A program made the translations under genes and the position numbers. 35,119 bases of DNA from a virus (Duplodnaviria > Caudoviricetes): positions 1 to 35,119 of IMG/VR virus record IMGVR_UViG_3300037313_000296. One strand, given 5' to 3'. Below, one piece after another: positions 33,195 to 35,119 of this stretch. The notes under the pieces were generated by a model that saw only the letters and a list, made by a program, of their open reading frames with translations, was not told the DNA's origin and did no database searches. The stretch's first letter is position 1. The number at the start of each line of letters is the position of its first letter.

Positions 33195-34088
33195 CTACTC
33201 CTGCTCGACGTAGCCCATCTTCTCGAAAATCTCGGACCACACCGGGTTCGGGATTCGAGCAGGCAGGGAGCCACGGTTGGCCTTGGACTCACGGACACCA
33301 GCGACGAAGATGCCGACCGTCTTGGTGATGATGCCACGCTCGATTTCAGGCACCTGCTTACCATCAACTTCGACCGTGTAGGGCCGATTGTAGAAGTAGA
33401 AGAAGCCGTCCACGATAGACATGACGACTTCGGCTGTGTTGCCGCCCTGAAGCTGGATCTTGGTAGCTACGGCCTGTTCGGTAACAGGGTCCTTGGTCTG
33501 AGCAACGTGAGCAATCCAAATCCAGTGGACCACCTTGTCCCGTCGCTTAGTTAGTGCATGAACCCGCTTGACCGTCCGGGTGATCAGATCCTTCAGATCG
33601 CCCCAATCGGACTGGGCCGAGTCGCCGAACTTCTTGGTCTCGCCACGCTTCCGGTTTGGGGCGTACTTCGTGGCGATGTAGTCCTTCAGGATGTCTTCGA
33701 ACTGGGTGAGAGAGTCGAGAGCATAGCCGTCGAATCCCTTGATGACGCCAGACTCAATCGCCATGATGAACTGGACGATGGCCTCGAACGGATGGATGCC
33801 CTTCTTTCGAGCATGCTCTTGGATGTTGACGATCCGGGCGTTCGGGCTACCTGCCAGAACTTCGTTACCGCCTTCCAGATCAGCAACAAGAATCTTCATG
33901 TTCGGGTCGTCAAGAGTCGAAGTCTTGCCGGACTTCGGGGGGCCGTAGAGAATGATGTGCTTGCCCTGCTTCGCAATCTGCGGGGCCTCGATATCGAAAC
34001 CGCCAAGCACATAGTCACCCATCGTCTCAGCCATTTGAGTCGCCATGTGATCGCCGGGGATGGTCGCCTGATTAGGTACACCTGCCAT
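33195..34088 (-). CDS. AAA_24 / Sak4-like ATPase (recombination)
   Basis: ILYGPPKSGKT, DLEGG, ALDSLT and WIAH motifs; sits between nuclease and SSB as in Sak4 modules. Confidence 0.85.
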   Translation of the reverse strand: MAGVPNQATIPGDHMATQMAETMGDYVLGGFDIEAPQIAKQGKHIILYGPPKSGKTSTLDDPNMKILVADLEGGNEVLAGSPNARIVNIQEHARKKGIHPFEAIVQFIMAIESGVIKGFDGYALDSLTQFEDILKDYIATKYAPNRKRGETKKFGDSAQSDWGDLKDLITRTVKRVHALTKRRDKVVHWIWIAHVAQTKDPVTEQAVATKIQLQGGNTAEVVMSIVDGFFYFYNRPYTVEVDGKQVPEIERGIITKTVGIFVAGVRESKANRGSLPARIPNPVWSEIFEKMGYVEQE

Positions 34089-34134
34089 GCTTACCTAGCT
34101 CCTTGCACACACAGAATTTGTATCCGGGGCTAAC

Positions 34135-35118
34135 TTACTGCCGCTCACCCTTGGTGAAGAGGGTGTTGAGCAGAAGGTTCACGTTAGAGCCATCGAAACC
34201 AGCGACACAGACATCCCGGAACGGGCAATCCCACGAGCAATCGGCGGTGATGTTGCGGTAGATCGGAGCGTCCACAGGCTCACCAGTTGCCGTCTTGGGG
34301 TTCTCGATGACTGAGCGGATCTGGTTAAGATCCTTCACAGTATAGAAGAACTCCTTGATCGAAGCATCGATCTCGGCCTGATTCCGCATGACCTCGACAC
34401 GCCGGAAGAACTCCTTTGGGGTCTCCAGCAGATAGGTCAGGAAGTCCTCGTAGCCGGGGGCGTCGATCTGGCCCTCCAGCGTCTCAGTTGCCAGCCCAGC
34501 TTGGAGCAGGGCCTTGACATAAAGCTCATAGGTGGTCTTCTGGGCCTTGTCCTTGGAGATGTTCGGCTTGCCCGTCTTCTTATCGGGCTTAATGAAGTTG
34601 GGCGGGACCGGGTAGTCCTTGAGAACGATGTTGTAAGTAAACGGGCCAATCTCCCGGCCCTTGATCTGGAGACCAAAGACGGTCTCTGAAACCGGGCGCC
34701 ATTCGCCGTCGAGCTTAATGTAGCCCTTCCCAGCTTGGAGTTGCTGGAGCGCCCACCAGTACCGGGAGATCTGCCGATCCATAGCGGCGTTCTTCTCATA
34801 CTTGTCGAGGGACGTCGTGGTCTTGTGGTCCATGAACCGAACCCGGCCCTCGTTGTCGAGGTAGACCAGATCGATCGTTCCGGTGTACCCGGTCTTGGTG
34901 CTGATCTGAATGGCGAAGGTAAGCTCTTGGGCCAGCACTTGGAAGGTGTCTTGATCCCGATAGGTTCGCTGGTAGTTGGTAGTTACGTTACAGACCAGTT
35001 CCCAAAGTTCGTCAAGCTCTACTTGACTCATACCGGACGTATCCGTGGCCTGCTTGAGCAGGACCATATCGTCGTGAGCCTTGAGAAAGTCACGGTTTGA
35101 GCCATACCACGACTCAAC
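34135..35118 (-). CDS. PD-(D/E)xK (Cas4/AddB-like) exonuclease, 5'-truncated by the window edge
   Basis: GTIDLV...MDHKT, QISRY and C-terminal CSWDCPFRDVC cluster; frame stays open to the window end. Confidence 0.85.
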   Translation of the reverse strand, partial: VESWYGSNRDFLKAHDDMVLLKQATDTSGMSQVELDELWELVCNVTTNYQRTYRDQDTFQVLAQELTFAIQISTKTGYTGTIDLVYLDNEGRVRFMDHKTTTSLDKYEKNAAMDRQISRYWWALQQLQAGKGYIKLDGEWRPVSETVFGLQIKGREIGPFTYNIVLKDYPVPPNFIKPDKKTGKPNISKDKAQKTTYELYVKALLQAGLATETLEGQIDAPGYEDFLTYLLETPKEFFRRVEVMRNQAEIDASIKEFFYTVKDLNQIRSVIENPKTATGEPVDAPIYRNITADCSWDCPFRDVCVAGFDGSNVNLLLNTLFTKGERQ

Positions 35119-35119
35119 G

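Noticed and set aside
34135-35118. Cas4-like nuclease as evidence of CRISPR-Cas
   Set aside because: No array or other cas genes; standard phage nuclease-ATPase-SSB recombination module

Overview
A GC-rich tailed-phage genome segment with podovirus-type architecture: P22-like portal, adaptor and nozzle, two large ejection proteins, and no tape measure or tail tube. The host is most likely an endospore-forming Bacillota (strong AGGAGG RBSs, sigmaA promoters, an LQRFA Prp motif on the scaffold, a GAAC-N4-GTTC LexA-like box, a sigmaE-like promoter). Layout: (1) 1-2000 is a minus-strand early region with three tandem sigmaA promoters, long structured non-coding leaders, three small genes and a type II hammerhead ribozyme. 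(2) 2078-23198 is the plus-strand packaging, head, tail, ejection and lysis arm, including a Tad2/DUF2829 anti-defence gene. (3) 23219-35119 is the minus-strand replication arm (PD-(D/E)xK nuclease, AAA ATPase, SSB, TOPRIM primase fused to an MCM-like helicase, PolA, HTH, RuvC-like, ThyX-like, DUF3310). This arm is interrupted by an oppositely oriented cassette of a membrane-anchored FtsK/SpoIIIE ATPase plus a Replic_Relax protein behind a sigmaE-like sporulation promoter. Best candidates for undescribed biology: this sporulation-timed DNA-translocation cassette, the apparently switchable hammerhead within the early ncRNA-rich region, and a genome-wide enriched CC(C/T)AGTT motif. All family assignments are from motif recognition by eye; no database search was run.
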